From Cyanophyceae cyanobacterium (GTDB taxonomy: Bacteria; Cyanobacteriota; Cyanobacteriia; Cyanobacteriales; JBHJGN01): 64,000 bases of DNA. The position numbers and the translations under genes were made by a program. The stretch spans positions 1 to 64,000 of the forward strand of contig JBHJGN010000044.1 in assembly GCA_050331735.1 (NCBI GenBank), read 5' to 3'. Shown in pieces: positions 1 to 9,718 of this stretch (within the stretch, counting starts at the first letter, position 1; every line of letters begins with the position of its first letter). The notes under the pieces were generated by a model. That model was not told the origin of the DNA. It saw nothing but the letters and a program-made list of their open reading frames with translations, and made no database searches.

Positions 1-2
1 CC

Positions 3-245
3 GTGCCGATTAGCCGCTTGGAGGTTGCTCCGTACCGTAGCGATCGCCGAGCTTTACAGTTTATCGCTGTTGCTGGGGATGGCCGGGTGCTAGTCGATGC
101 CCGTGACAACACTAAGACTGGCACTATTGTTGCCAACTTTGACCAAAAAAATGTACAGCACGTCCGCGTTCGCGTTACTGGTTGTCATGGAGGCGGTTGT
201 TCTCCATCCAAGTGGTTCGGCATTGAGGAAGTACGGGTGTATTAA
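3..245 (+). CDS. 3' end of a gene with a C-terminal discoidin/F5-8 type C-like beta-sandwich (partial, runs off window start)
   Basis: ORF open from the window edge; ends ...VQHVRVRVTG...WFGIEEVRVY*, typical of discoidin/CBM32 C-termini. Confidence 0.55.
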   Translation: MPISRLEVAPYRSDRRALQFIAVAGDGRVLVDARDNTKTGTIVANFDQKNVQHVRVRVTGCHGGGCSPSKWFGIEEVRVY

Positions 246-328
246 AGAAAAGCTCACGCTTAGCTAGTGGACTACGGAGAAATTAAGCTAATATTTTTTC
301 TCCCCCAATGAGGACTACAACAGACACC

Positions 329-359
329 AAAAGCGAGCGCCGCAGAGCGGTGCTCGCTT
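329..359. terminator. GC-rich hairpin, probable (bidirectional) intrinsic terminator; terminator of leader-element copy 1
   Basis: AAGCGAGCGCCGC-AGA-GCGGTGCTCGCTT inverted repeat; UUUU on the minus strand; lies between convergent units. Confidence 0.65.
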
Positions 360-431
360 GCTGCCTCTCCATCGTGTTTTGATATTTAATGTCATTGCCC
401 TGCGGAAAATTACTTATGAGAAGCAATAATC

Positions 432-501
432 GATGAACGCACCTGTACCCCCATTTCATGGCTGCTTAAGTGCACTCTTGGTGTCTTCTTTAAGCCGCAG
501 C
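432..501 (-). ncRNA. Conserved structured leader/sRNA element, copy 1
   Basis: Minus RNA GCUGCGGCUUAAAG-AAGACACCAAGAGUGCA-CUUAAGCAGC; core 471-487 identical to copy 3; box GUGCGUUCAUC at 432-442. Confidence 0.7.
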
Positions 502-708
502 AATTTGGATTCTTTATTTATGCAAAAAGCTGTATTTTATATAATATTACCATAGATATTTGAGATTTTTACAGAAAAATTAGTCATTTGGGAGGAAATT
601 CTCAATCCTGTCGATGTTAAACGCATCTTTGCTTGACATGCTGATATTTGAGACCCTGTAGGTATAGCAACTTTCCTCAAACGCGACTTGATGATTGTAT
701 TAGTTTCT

Positions 709-1575
709 CTAAAGAGCGAGAACTTGATGTTTGATACAGCCGTTCAAACGCCCTACCCGCCAGCCTAACTTCCAGATCCAGTTGGCACGCTTTCCTTTAC
801 CTAGAAAAATTTTGGGAAAGCTCAAGAGCAACTTTAACCAGGCTTTAATCATGGTCTTTTTTGACGGTTGATTCATTCCGAATGTCCGATACTTCTTGTA
901 GAGAAGAACGTTGTACTCTCCCCACAAACGAGCTTGCCGATAGAGACCTGCTACAGTATGGCGAAAACGATACTGAATTACTGCCTCGGGAACAAAATGG
1001 AGCTTTGTTCCCGCTAGCTGAATCCGCCAGCAATAGTCGGTATCTTGAAGACGAAATAGGGATTCATCAAACCCGCCAACAGCTTCATGGATTGAGCGCT
1101 TTACGCCCAAGTTACAGCCAGCGGCATGTTCTAAAAACGGAGGCTCTCGGTATTTTTGCAAACCGTGTTGCTGAGGGCAAGCATGAGACTGAATTACCCA
1201 AGGCTGATTCAGTTTTTTAAATTCAAGCCGCCCAGCAACAAAATCATACTGTGATAGAGCTTCTCCCATTGCTGCTATCCATCCAGGGGCCACTTCGTCG
1301 TCATCATCACAAAAGGCGATCGCATCTCCCCGAGCGGCTAGTACTCCCCTGTTGCGAGCATAACCTCCCCCGCGTCGGCTTGATGAATCGATGACGCGCA
1401 GATTAGGCAGCCGCTGTTGGTACTGCTCAACAATCAACAGCGTTTCATCCGTTGATCCGTTATCAGAGATAATAATTTCCCACGGTTCGCACCAATGCTG
1501 ATTAGCAAGAGCCTCCAATTGAGTCGCAATTGTTTCAGCAGCATTATAACAGGGAATAATTACGCTAATCTTCAT
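709..1575 (-). CDS. Glycosyltransferase family 2
   Basis: MKISVIIPCYN..., DNGSTD, FCDDDD DXD motif; start taken at MKISV (1575). Confidence 0.9.
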   Translation of the reverse strand: MKISVIIPCYNAAETIATQLEALANQHWCEPWEIIISDNGSTDETLLIVEQYQQRLPNLRVIDSSSRRGGGYARNRGVLAARGDAIAFCDDDDEVAPGWIAAMGEALSQYDFVAGRLEFKKLNQPWVIQSHACPQQHGLQKYREPPFLEHAAGCNLGVKRSIHEAVGGFDESLFRLQDTDYCWRIQLAGTKLHFVPEAVIQYRFRHTVAGLYRQARLWGEYNVLLYKKYRTFGMNQPSKKTMIKAWLKLLLSFPKIFLGKGKRANWIWKLGWRVGRLNGCIKHQVLAL

Positions 1576-1743
1576 GGTTTCTCGACTATAGCCACTACTT
1601 TCAGTATATTTAGAATAATATTTAGCTCCCTCATCACCAAGAAACACTGTTTCATTTTGAAGCGATTCTTGTAATAGTTGACAAAACCTGTTGCCTTAGA
1701 GAGAAGCACAGCTACTGCGAGCAACCTCATGATTGCTGCAGTT

Positions 1744-3081
1744 TTAGGTTGTTTTGAGAGTTAGCGATGAAGTGGCTTCTGGTTGCTTGATGGCGGTTCC
1801 AAAATAGGCGTTTTGTTCAGCCCGGAGCTGATCGCATAGTCTGCCGGCTGGTAACTCCACGTCATCGTAGGTCAGTACTTGGTCTTTATCGATATCTCGC
1901 TTGAGGCGGCATCCTTCTGCTAATCCCATTGGCAATAGATCCTCTGCTTGAACGACAGTTGAATTTTCGCACTGTCCATAAGTCATGTAAAAGCCGATCC
2001 CGTCTAGTACATCTCCGGCTTTAAGATTAATTTTGGCAGTGGTTACGACATCTACTTTCGGTCCGGCTAAAGGAGCCAGGACTGCATCTTGACAGAGAAC
2101 AACCCGCGCTACCGATAGAGGCACCTCAAAGTGACAGAGATGGTAGGGAGTGTAAAAACTATAGAGAGGGCCTTTTCCAAGTTTGTAGAGGTTGAGGTAG
2201 TGCTGTTGCTTCGGGTCGTCATGGGTGGCAAACACAAAAACGCCCGGTCCCGGCTTTGCTCCAACAACATAATCGACGATCCCGCCCCAATCTCGAAGCT
2301 GGGTAACGTCATAAAGTTGAGTCATTTCATCAACATGGCCTGTATGGTTGTATCCCAACATGCCTCGCTGAGCCACTCTCATATTGGTAGCATTGGCAAC
2401 AATAGCCTGCTCAAAAGAAATTTTCGTGCCATCAGCAAAGCTTGTAACCATATGGGGTTTCTGTCCCCAGCGTCTGGCAAAACCCTCCTGAGTGGTTGGA
2501 TTGCGGTAGGGATCCTGTAGGCCTTTAATGTTACCGCACAGGAGCGGAGTCAGTCCAATACTTTTGACGAAGCGGTAGAGATTCATCTGTACTCCCGGCT
2601 GGTCGCCATCACAGGCACTAAGAATCACGCCGGCGCGGTCGGCATAGACTTTCAGAATCGGACCAACGGTACCGTCGAGTTCGGCATTCATTAAGATGAC
2701 GTGCTTGCGGTGAGCGATCGCCTCTAGTACCACTCGGGCAGCATACTCAATCGTGCCCGTAACTTCAACTAGAGCATCAATGCCTGCGGCCTGAGCGAGC
2801 AAAAACGGATTTTCTGTAACAGCGTAGCTACCTTGGGCGATCGCTGTTTCTAGGTCTGACACTGACTCAACAATCTGCACATCACTCAAACCTGCTTCCG
2901 CATAGGCTCGTTGAGCGCCTTCAACACTGCGGTTAGCAATTGCCACTAATTCCATTCCTGGTACAGAGTTGACGATCTGGTTAGTGATTCCTCGTCCCAT
3001 AAAGCCCGCTCCAATCATTCCCACTTTAACGGGATTACCAGCTTCTGCACGAGTTTGTAAAGCTCGGTCGACAATAATCAT
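1744..3081 (-). CDS. NAD(P)-dependent oxidoreductase (homoserine dehydrogenase-like) with C-terminal SAF domain
   Basis: GMIGAGFMG Rossmann motif, DGDQPG, C-terminal LKAGDVLDGIG...LPMGLAEGCRLKRDI SAF-like segment. Confidence 0.85.
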   Translation of the reverse strand: MIIVDRALQTRAEAGNPVKVGMIGAGFMGRGITNQIVNSVPGMELVAIANRSVEGAQRAYAEAGLSDVQIVESVSDLETAIAQGSYAVTENPFLLAQAAGIDALVEVTGTIEYAARVVLEAIAHRKHVILMNAELDGTVGPILKVYADRAGVILSACDGDQPGVQMNLYRFVKSIGLTPLLCGNIKGLQDPYRNPTTQEGFARRWGQKPHMVTSFADGTKISFEQAIVANATNMRVAQRGMLGYNHTGHVDEMTQLYDVTQLRDWGGIVDYVVGAKPGPGVFVFATHDDPKQQHYLNLYKLGKGPLYSFYTPYHLCHFEVPLSVARVVLCQDAVLAPLAGPKVDVVTTAKINLKAGDVLDGIGFYMTYGQCENSTVVQAEDLLPMGLAEGCRLKRDIDKDQVLTYDDVELPAGRLCDQLRAEQNAYFGTAIKQPEATSSLTLKTT

Positions 3082-3333
3082 TGATACAGCTCCTGATTCA
3101 ATAAGTTTTAGGTTGCGTAGTAGTTAACTAGAAATTTTTTGACTGGCGTTATTAAATTTCGCTGCGATAGTTGCATCAACTGCTGAGATGCGGAGCGAGC
3201 CACAATTGCCAATGCTAACAGTCGATGAGATTAATTACTGAACCTTAGAAACACACCGTTTACCAAGGCTCAGTCTATTGCTCATCAGCTAGAGCGTTCA
3301 GGGTTCAAACAATCGTGGTAGCAGCAATGTTGG

Positions 3334-3879
3334 TTAAACTCCCAAAGGAATTCTTTCTAGCAGCGCCCAGGCTGCGTCCTTTGCTGAAATTTCGCTGACG
3401 GGGAGCGGCCAGTCAATTTCTAGCAGTGGATCGTCGTAGCGCAACCCTCTTTCGTATCCTGGAGTATAGAATTGACTGACCTGATAGACGACTTCAGCTC
3501 CGTCCGTTAGAGCTTGATAGCCGTGAGCAAACATTTCTGGAACATAGAGAGCACGTCGGTTAGCGGCGGTTAACTCTACACCAATATGCTCTAAAAACGT
3601 TGGTGAATTCGGGCGCATGTCGACAATGACATCGTAGATAGCGCCTTGCGTACAGCGAACTAATTTAGCCTCTGCTGCTGGCGCTAATTGGTAATGCATT
3701 CCCCGTAGTGTTCCTCGCTTATAGTTGAAAGACAGGTTGCATTGAGCAACGGCTGGCTTTAAACCATGAGCTTTAAACTCTTCTACACAAAAAGTACGAG
3801 CAAAAAAGCCTCTATCGTCGCCTTTCGGCTCTAGATCAATCATGAATGCACCTTTCAGTTTGGTCTCGATGAACTGCAT
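3334..3879 (-). CDS. rfbC: NDP-4-keto-6-deoxyhexose 3,5-epimerase (RmlC/RfbC family)
   Basis: DDRGFFAR, GTLRGMHYQ, KLVRCTQGAIYDVIVD, FAHGYQAL motifs. Confidence 0.92.
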   Translation of the reverse strand: MQFIETKLKGAFMIDLEPKGDDRGFFARTFCVEEFKAHGLKPAVAQCNLSFNYKRGTLRGMHYQLAPAAEAKLVRCTQGAIYDVIVDMRPNSPTFLEHIGVELTAANRRALYVPEMFAHGYQALTDGAEVVYQVSQFYTPGYERGLRYDDPLLEIDWPLPVSEISAKDAAWALLERIPLGV

Positions 3880-4016
3880 AGGAATCTCCTAAAATTTGTT
3901 GAAGTGATGCGAAATTAAATCTGGAAAATTCAAAGAGAGCAGATTGTTTGCCTTGTTACACAAGTAACGGAAACTGTCTCTAGGCAAATCGTCTGCTGAA
4001 GAGTCAAGTGAAATAT

Positions 4017-5045
4017 CTACAATTGACTCCAGAAGAAATTGCTGTCAATCTGCTGAGTACGGAGAAGATACTGTAGCTGCTTCAGGCGGGTAAATCCTCT
4101 AAACGCGAATGTCTCTTTCGACATCTCAATCTGTTGGAAAACCTTGTAGAGCTGTTGTGCCCCAAGTTGAGCATCCCAATCACATTTAAAACCAGGGAGA
4201 TAACGGTTGATTTTATCAAAAGAAACGCGATAACTGCGGTTGTCTCCATCACTGCTGCCAAAGCTAAGTTGACAACCTGGAAACGTCTGAGCAACAATTT
4301 GAGCAATTTCTTTGACCTGATAGTTATGGGCCGTGTCTCCCACATTAAAGATTTGATTGTGAATAATGTCTCGAGGGGCTTCTAAAGTACAAAGAATCGC
4401 TTTGCAGATATCTAAGGCGTGGACTAGAGGACGCCAGGGAGTTCCGTCACTGGTCATCTTAATTTCCTGGGTTGTCCAAGCAAGACCAGACAGATTGTTG
4501 AGCACAATGTCGAAGCGCATTCTCGGCGAAGCTCCGTAAGCCGTAGCGTTTCGCATAAACGTTGGCGAAAAATCATCATCTGCCAAGGGCTTTACATCCT
4601 TTTCAACCAGGGTTTTACAGATAGCATAGGCAGTCTGAGGATGGACAGCAGACTCTTCAGTTACGTAGTCTTCCGTCGCTACGCCATACACGCTACAGGA
4701 TGACATATAAACAAATCGGCGTACTCCTGCTGCCTTAGCCATCTTGGCTAAGCGGACTGAGCCTTGATGATTAATTTCATAGGTGATATGGGGAGCTAGC
4801 TGACCAGCAGGATCGTTAGATAGTTCCGCCATATGCACAACGGCCTCTACTCCCTGAAGGTCTTCAGGAGTAATGTGCCGCAGATCCTTGTTTAGGGTTT
4901 TTGGAGTCAGTTCGGTGGCATTATAGAGCCATCCGGCTTTGTAGTAGCCAGTGTCTACTCCAATAATTTCGTGACCGTGCTGCATAAGCAGGGGAGCCAG
5001 TAAAGAGCCAAGGTACCCTTCGGTTCCGGTAACAAGTACTTTCAT
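4017..5045 (-). CDS. NAD-dependent epimerase/dehydratase (extended SDR)
   Basis: VTGTEGYLG, SSCSVYG, YAICK catalytic motif. Confidence 0.9.
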   Translation of the reverse strand: MKVLVTGTEGYLGSLLAPLLMQHGHEIIGVDTGYYKAGWLYNATELTPKTLNKDLRHITPEDLQGVEAVVHMAELSNDPAGQLAPHITYEINHQGSVRLAKMAKAAGVRRFVYMSSCSVYGVATEDYVTEESAVHPQTAYAICKTLVEKDVKPLADDDFSPTFMRNATAYGASPRMRFDIVLNNLSGLAWTTQEIKMTSDGTPWRPLVHALDICKAILCTLEAPRDIIHNQIFNVGDTAHNYQVKEIAQIVAQTFPGCQLSFGSSDGDNRSYRVSFDKINRYLPGFKCDWDAQLGAQQLYKVFQQIEMSKETFAFRGFTRLKQLQYLLRTQQIDSNFFWSQL

Positions 5046-6265
5046 CGGTTTTGATGTACGCTGAGTGATGGTTGTAAGTTTGTCAGGGGAGGAATCTGCT
5101 CGACAACTGCTTTACCAATCTCAAGAGAAGACGTGGCGGCAGGAGACGGGGCATTGCATATATGCAGTGAGTTGTGTCCTTGAACAATCAAGAAATCGTC
5201 CACAAGTTTGCCGTTCGGCTTTAAGGCTTGAGCGCGAACTCCAGCCGGACTCGGCACTAAATCGTCTGCCTGAACCTCGGGGATCAGTTTCTGGAGGCTA
5301 CGGACAAATGCCGCTTTGCTGAAGGACCGGACAATTTCTTGGAAGCCTTCATCGGCATGTTTGGCGGCTAGCTTCCAAAAACCAGGATAGGAAATTGCTT
5401 CGGTAAAATCGCGGAGGTTAAAGTCTGTCTTTTTGTAGCCTTCACGCTTGAGGCTGAGAACGGCATTGGGTCCGGCGTGTACGTTGCCGTCGATCATCCG
5501 GGTAAAATGAACGCCAAGGAAGGGAAAGTCTGGATTGGGAACCGGGTAGATGAGAGTTTTGACCAAGTAGCGTTTGTCTGGCCTCAGTTCATAGTACTCT
5601 CCTCGGAAAGGAATGATCTTGGCAGGAGGCTGTACTTGTCCTCGTTTAGCGAGGCGATCGCTAAACAGTCCGGCACAGTTGATAATATAACGAGCTGGAA
5701 ACGACCCGTTTGTCGTTTCTAAGACTTGTTCTTTGCCGACAGCAATATGATTGACTTTGGTATTGAGATAAATCTCGCCGCCCTGAAGTCGGATGAGGTC
5801 GGCATACTTAAGGCAAACCTGTTTATAGTCAGCGATGCCCGTTGAAGGAACCAAGATGCCTGCTAAACAGCTAACATAAGGCTCAACTTCTCTAACCTCC
5901 TCCGCCGTAATTTTCTTAATCTGGAGACCGTTTTCTAAACCGCGCCGGTAAAGTTTATCTAGCTGCGGCAGTTCCTTTTCCTGAGTGGCAACAATTACCT
6001 TGCCACAGACTTCGTGAGCAATTCCGTGTTCCTGACAGAACTTGACAATCGATTGACTGCCCGCTTGGCAGAATCTTGCTTTGAAACTGCCAGGCTTATA
6101 ATAGATACCGGAGTGAATGACACCGCTGTTGTGACCCGTCTGATGAAAAGCTAAGGAACTCTCCTTTTCCAAGACAACGATACGGGCGTGAGGATACCGT
6201 TGACCTAATGCCATGCCCGTAGATAGGCCAACGATGCCTCCGCCGATAATGGCAAAGTCATACAT
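5042..6265 (-). CDS. lhgO: L-2-hydroxyglutarate oxidase-like FAD oxidoreductase
   Basis: IIGGGIVG, HQTGHNSGVIHSGIYY, FPFLGVHFT, NAPSPAATSSL. Confidence 0.9.
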   Translation of the reverse strand: MYDFAIIGGGIVGLSTGMALGQRYPHARIVVLEKESSLAFHQTGHNSGVIHSGIYYKPGSFKARFCQAGSQSIVKFCQEHGIAHEVCGKVIVATQEKELPQLDKLYRRGLENGLQIKKITAEEVREVEPYVSCLAGILVPSTGIADYKQVCLKYADLIRLQGGEIYLNTKVNHIAVGKEQVLETTNGSFPARYIINCAGLFSDRLAKRGQVQPPAKIIPFRGEYYELRPDKRYLVKTLIYPVPNPDFPFLGVHFTRMIDGNVHAGPNAVLSLKREGYKKTDFNLRDFTEAISYPGFWKLAAKHADEGFQEIVRSFSKAAFVRSLQKLIPEVQADDLVPSPAGVRAQALKPNGKLVDDFLIVQGHNSLHICNAPSPAATSSLEIGKAVVEQIPPLTNLQPSLSVHQNR

Positions 6266-6291
6266 AAATGTTCTGAACCCTTGAAACAGCT

Positions 6292-6320
6292 AAAAGCAAG
6301 CCTGCGCTAACAAGCTTGCT
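6292..6320 (-). terminator. Intrinsic terminator/attenuator in the leader of lhgO
   Basis: Minus RNA AGCAAGCUUG-UUAGCG-CAGGCUUGCU-UUU, 10-bp stem plus U run, ending ~27 nt before the lhgO start. Confidence 0.65.
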
Positions 6321-6368
6321 GAACCTAAGTGTTGAAAAGCAACTTCGAAAGAAGGCCTTTCGCTAGTA

Positions 6369-6437
6369 GACAAATACATTTAACCCTTTTGAAGAACCGC
6401 TAAAGCGCACTCACCGGTGTCTTCTTTAGCCATTCTT
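6369..6437 (-). ncRNA. Conserved structured leader element, copy 2
   Basis: AAGAAUGGCUAAAG-AAGACACCGGUGAGUGCG-CUUUAGCGGUUCUU; box AUGUAUUUGUC at 6369-6379. Confidence 0.75.
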
Positions 6438-6506
6438 GAAAATTACCTACTGCTTTAAGAGGTAATGGAAAGACTCTGGTTATTCTTTTTTTGCAGCTTT
6501 ATGCAT

Positions 6507-6512
6507 AGTATA
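6507..6512 (-). promoter_or_regulatory. Putative -10 element (TATACT) driving leader copy 2
   Basis: TATACT ~70 nt upstream of the stem; the same hexamer precedes copy 3. Confidence 0.45.
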
Positions 6513-6700
6513 CACGAATATCTAGTTAACGATTGACTTTTTTTATTACAAAATCTTAAGTTTGCTGACGAGCGGTAAAAAGCTTCCAAGACATCAGGAC
6601 TCTCAGAAAGAGTTTTTATTCAGCTACACAGAGCTTCTCGATTATATCTGCTTCTCATCATGATTGACCCCGAGCAATCAGTCTTCTGCCGTACAGAGAA

Positions 6701-7993
6701 TTAGGTTTTATATCTTGCCTGCATCCGGTGAGCAGCAATATCGCTTTTCAACCAATCATAAAGATTATTGAGCTTTTGGCAGAAAGACGTGTAGGTATAC
6801 TGCTGTTGAACAAGCCGTTTTCCTGCTGTACCCAACTTTAGCCTGAGAGAATGGTGATGAACGAGAGTGAGAATCGCTTCGGCAAAGTCTTCAGGGGTGG
6901 GATGAGCTAGCATAGCGACGCGCTCGCTGAGGACTTGAGTATGAGTCGATAGCGCCGTCGCAACGACAGGTTTTCCGCTGTCGAGGTAAGAGTAAATTTT
7001 CATAGGCGTATTCTTTCCCTTGATTCTGGGAGACACGAGAATATCAGCCTGGGCTAGATAAGCACCCAGTTCTCTGGCTGGTTTAGCGCCGAGGAAATGA
7101 ACGCTCCTGTGGATTCCTAATCTACGGGCTTGTTGGTGATAGTGTTGAATATCTGTCTGTTCTCCCCCCACAATCGCTAGATTAACGGGAGCCTGAGGCA
7201 AAACGAGAGCCAGACTTGCCAATAGCAGATCGATTCCCTGATAGCTTTCTAAGTTGCCAACGTACATTAATAGTAAACTGTTGATGCCAAGCTGGTGCTT
7301 GAGATCTTCGCCGATGCTTGCTGACGTTTGTTTCAGCAGCGAAACGTCGGGCAAAATCGCGACTTTTCGAGGTCGATACATGGCAATATCGTCGGCCAGG
7401 GCTTTACAAACTGGAATCACGCATTTGGCATTCCTGATGGCGATTTTCTCAAAGAAGTTAAACACAGGTTGAAGCCAACCTAAGCGAGGATATTTCTCCG
7501 TCATTTGTTGAGCGAGAGAAGAATCCATGTCGTAAACGTACTCAATCTTAAAAATGGCTTTGAGGAGCAAAGCCATAAATACCGATTCCTCAACGGCATG
7601 AACTAAGTCGTACCGCTTAGTCAGCATCAGCCTCAGCGCTTGCATAAATAGCAAAACGTCGTAGACAATTTTTTTCCAGGAGAACCCTGGTCTAACGTTT
7701 TGTACAAACGGAACTTTAATCGTTCTATATAGGGAAACTTGCTGATAGTTTCTGTTGGTTCCTTCATAGTAGGTGACAACATCAACCTGGTCTCCTCGCG
7801 CAGACAAAGCTTGAAGGATGAGATCGTCTGCTATTGGTGAACCCCGATCCTGATAGAAAGGATGAGGAATCAGAAAAAGTATTTTTAATTTTTCTTCAGT
7901 TAAAGCGAGAGGGGAATACCGCTCAATTAGAGTGCGACGAGGTTTTGCTTTTAGTGGAGGTAGCATAGGCAATACAGTTGACCAAATAGCCAA
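6701..7993 (-). CDS. Glycosyltransferase family 4
   Basis: YVGNLESYQG, ADILVSPR...PMKIYSYLDSGKPVVA GT-B C-terminal motif; true start may be downstream (MLPP...). Confidence 0.88.
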   Translation of the reverse strand: MAIWSTVLPMLPPLKAKPRRTLIERYSPLALTEEKLKILFLIPHPFYQDRGSPIADDLILQALSARGDQVDVVTYYEGTNRNYQQVSLYRTIKVPFVQNVRPGFSWKKIVYDVLLFMQALRLMLTKRYDLVHAVEESVFMALLLKAIFKIEYVYDMDSSLAQQMTEKYPRLGWLQPVFNFFEKIAIRNAKCVIPVCKALADDIAMYRPRKVAILPDVSLLKQTSASIGEDLKHQLGINSLLLMYVGNLESYQGIDLLLASLALVLPQAPVNLAIVGGEQTDIQHYHQQARRLGIHRSVHFLGAKPARELGAYLAQADILVSPRIKGKNTPMKIYSYLDSGKPVVATALSTHTQVLSERVAMLAHPTPEDFAEAILTLVHHHSLRLKLGTAGKRLVQQQYTYTSFCQKLNNLYDWLKSDIAAHRMQARYKT

Positions 7994-8017
7994 CGGGAAA
8001 GAGTTTACACATGCAGA

Positions 8018-8049
8018 AAGTCCCGCTAGAGGAGTCTCTAGCGGGACTT
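8018..8049 (-). terminator. Perfect 14-bp hairpin inside the operon (terminator-like)
   Basis: AAGTCCCGCTAGAG-GAGT-CTCTAGCGGGACTT; minus strand ends ...GGGACUUUCU. Confidence 0.6.
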
Positions 8050-8083
8050 CAAGTAAATCTGTTTAGTTCAAATATGGAGCAGC

Positions 8084-9589
8084 CTATTCAATTGCTTTGA
8101 TCCGGCTTAAGGCCGGTTTTGGCTCGACCAAAAAGAGATATACCGGACCAGATAACGTTTTGTAGGACTGAACCTGAAATTGGGGATGACTCTTGACTAT
8201 CTGCTCAATTTCTGAGCGGTCAGAGTTGCGTCCCCAGTAGACCACCAGCCAAAGACGAGAATCAAGGGTCGTTAATCTCTGTAGCCAGCGCTGCCTAAAG
8301 TCTGGCTGCTCTGGAGAAAATGAGTATTCTCCTAAAAGCTCAATCGGTGCTGAGCCGCGATAGTAATGAGCGATCGCCCGATCGGGACGGGCATTGGCAA
8401 CGGCGAGGGCGATCACATCGTCAGGCTGGTCGTTGACGCTGATAATTTGGGCGACGCCGCGCCAGTCTTCTCGATAGTCTGTTGAGTAGTAGTGTGTTAA
8501 TCCGCCACCAGCGGCAATAAGGTAGAGCGCAGCGATAACAATAGCTCCGTTGCGCTGCCGGCACCAAATTTTAACAAAGCTAGCGGCTAGCAAAATTAAC
8601 CAGTAGGGAACTGTTAACAGTAAGTAGCGCGGCAGCCAAAGCGAAGTGGGAGCAATATAGGAAACTGCTAACAGGGTCGCTGGCGGTAAAAAAGCCCATG
8701 CCGCCACCCAAACTTGAGTGGCGCGGGGTTTACCAAACCACACAAACACCAGCAGGCCGACTAAGAGAACCGTAACGAACAAATAAAACCACAAGACGAG
8801 ACGGGGCCCACCGAAAAGATCTTGCAGCGGCCAGAAAACGGTAAAGTTAGTCAGTTTGCCAACAATAGAGGCGACCCCTGGCGGCTGGCGGCTCACCGTA
8901 CTCATATATTCTGGACCGGAACTCGTAGCGATATGAATGGCCACGGGAAGCCACAGAATGCTGATTAAGACAATCCCTGTGCCTAAAGCTAGCCAAAACC
9001 GCCGCTGACGGCGAAATCTCCAGCTAAACAAGGCTACATCCGGCAGTAGAAGAATCGCGTTGAGGGGAGTCGTTAGGATAGCTAGAACGCGAGCGATCGC
9101 CCAACCACCTAAATAGACTAAGCTGAGACGCTCGAGAACCGTGGTTAATGCCAGCGTCCCGCTTAGGCCCAGAAAGGTGCTCAGAGTATACATACGGACC
9201 TCTTGGGCGTGATTGAGGAAGAGCGGTGATAGACACAGCAGGAAGGCAGCGATTAACCCCACCGACTCCCCTAGCAAGCGGCGACCTAAGCGATAGGTGA
9301 GGAAAACACTGCCAATACCAAAGCAGACCCCCAATCCCCGCAGCCAAGCGTCGCCGGTTCCCAAGCGCATCCACACGTGCAGCAGAAAGAAATAGAGCGG
9401 GCGCGTTGAACTTAAACTCGGGTTTTGGGAATCTGTAATGCTGTAGAGTTCGTCAATCCAGAGGCTTTCTGTCCCAAGTTGGTAGAAATACAGCCCAGCA
9501 GCGAGGAGCAGAATAGGAGTAATAGATAGCCAACGTTTGGGAGGATTAGCGTTGGGGGCGATCGCGGGGAAATTCAGTGTCGTTTTCAT
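8084..9589 (-). CDS. GT-C fold membrane glycosyltransferase (GT39/PMT/ArnT-like)
   Basis: SLWIDE luminal motif, PLYF, QEVRMY, many TM helices. Confidence 0.85.
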   Translation of the reverse strand: MKTTLNFPAIAPNANPPKRWLSITPILLLAAGLYFYQLGTESLWIDELYSITDSQNPSLSSTRPLYFFLLHVWMRLGTGDAWLRGLGVCFGIGSVFLTYRLGRRLLGESVGLIAAFLLCLSPLFLNHAQEVRMYTLSTFLGLSGTLALTTVLERLSLVYLGGWAIARVLAILTTPLNAILLLPDVALFSWRFRRQRRFWLALGTGIVLISILWLPVAIHIATSSGPEYMSTVSRQPPGVASIVGKLTNFTVFWPLQDLFGGPRLVLWFYLFVTVLLVGLLVFVWFGKPRATQVWVAAWAFLPPATLLAVSYIAPTSLWLPRYLLLTVPYWLILLAASFVKIWCRQRNGAIVIAALYLIAAGGGLTHYYSTDYREDWRGVAQIISVNDQPDDVIALAVANARPDRAIAHYYRGSAPIELLGEYSFSPEQPDFRQRWLQRLTTLDSRLWLVVYWGRNSDRSEIEQIVKSHPQFQVQSYKTLSGPVYLFLVEPKPALSRIKAIE

Positions 9590-9718
9590 AGCAGTGAGGA
9601 ATTAAAGACGGCAGCCGATGGTAGCTGTTAGCTGCTCGATGAGTGAGAACCCTAGATCTAGACAAGAGCCAATCGCTTTCTTGAAGCTAATAGCTTTCTT
9701 AAAATGAACAGCTTCTGA

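Noticed and set aside
283..459. 58-codon minus-strand ORF (MKWGYRCVHR...) downstream of leader copy 1
   Set aside because: Runs through the terminator hairpin, has no equivalent in the other copies and no recognisable motif.
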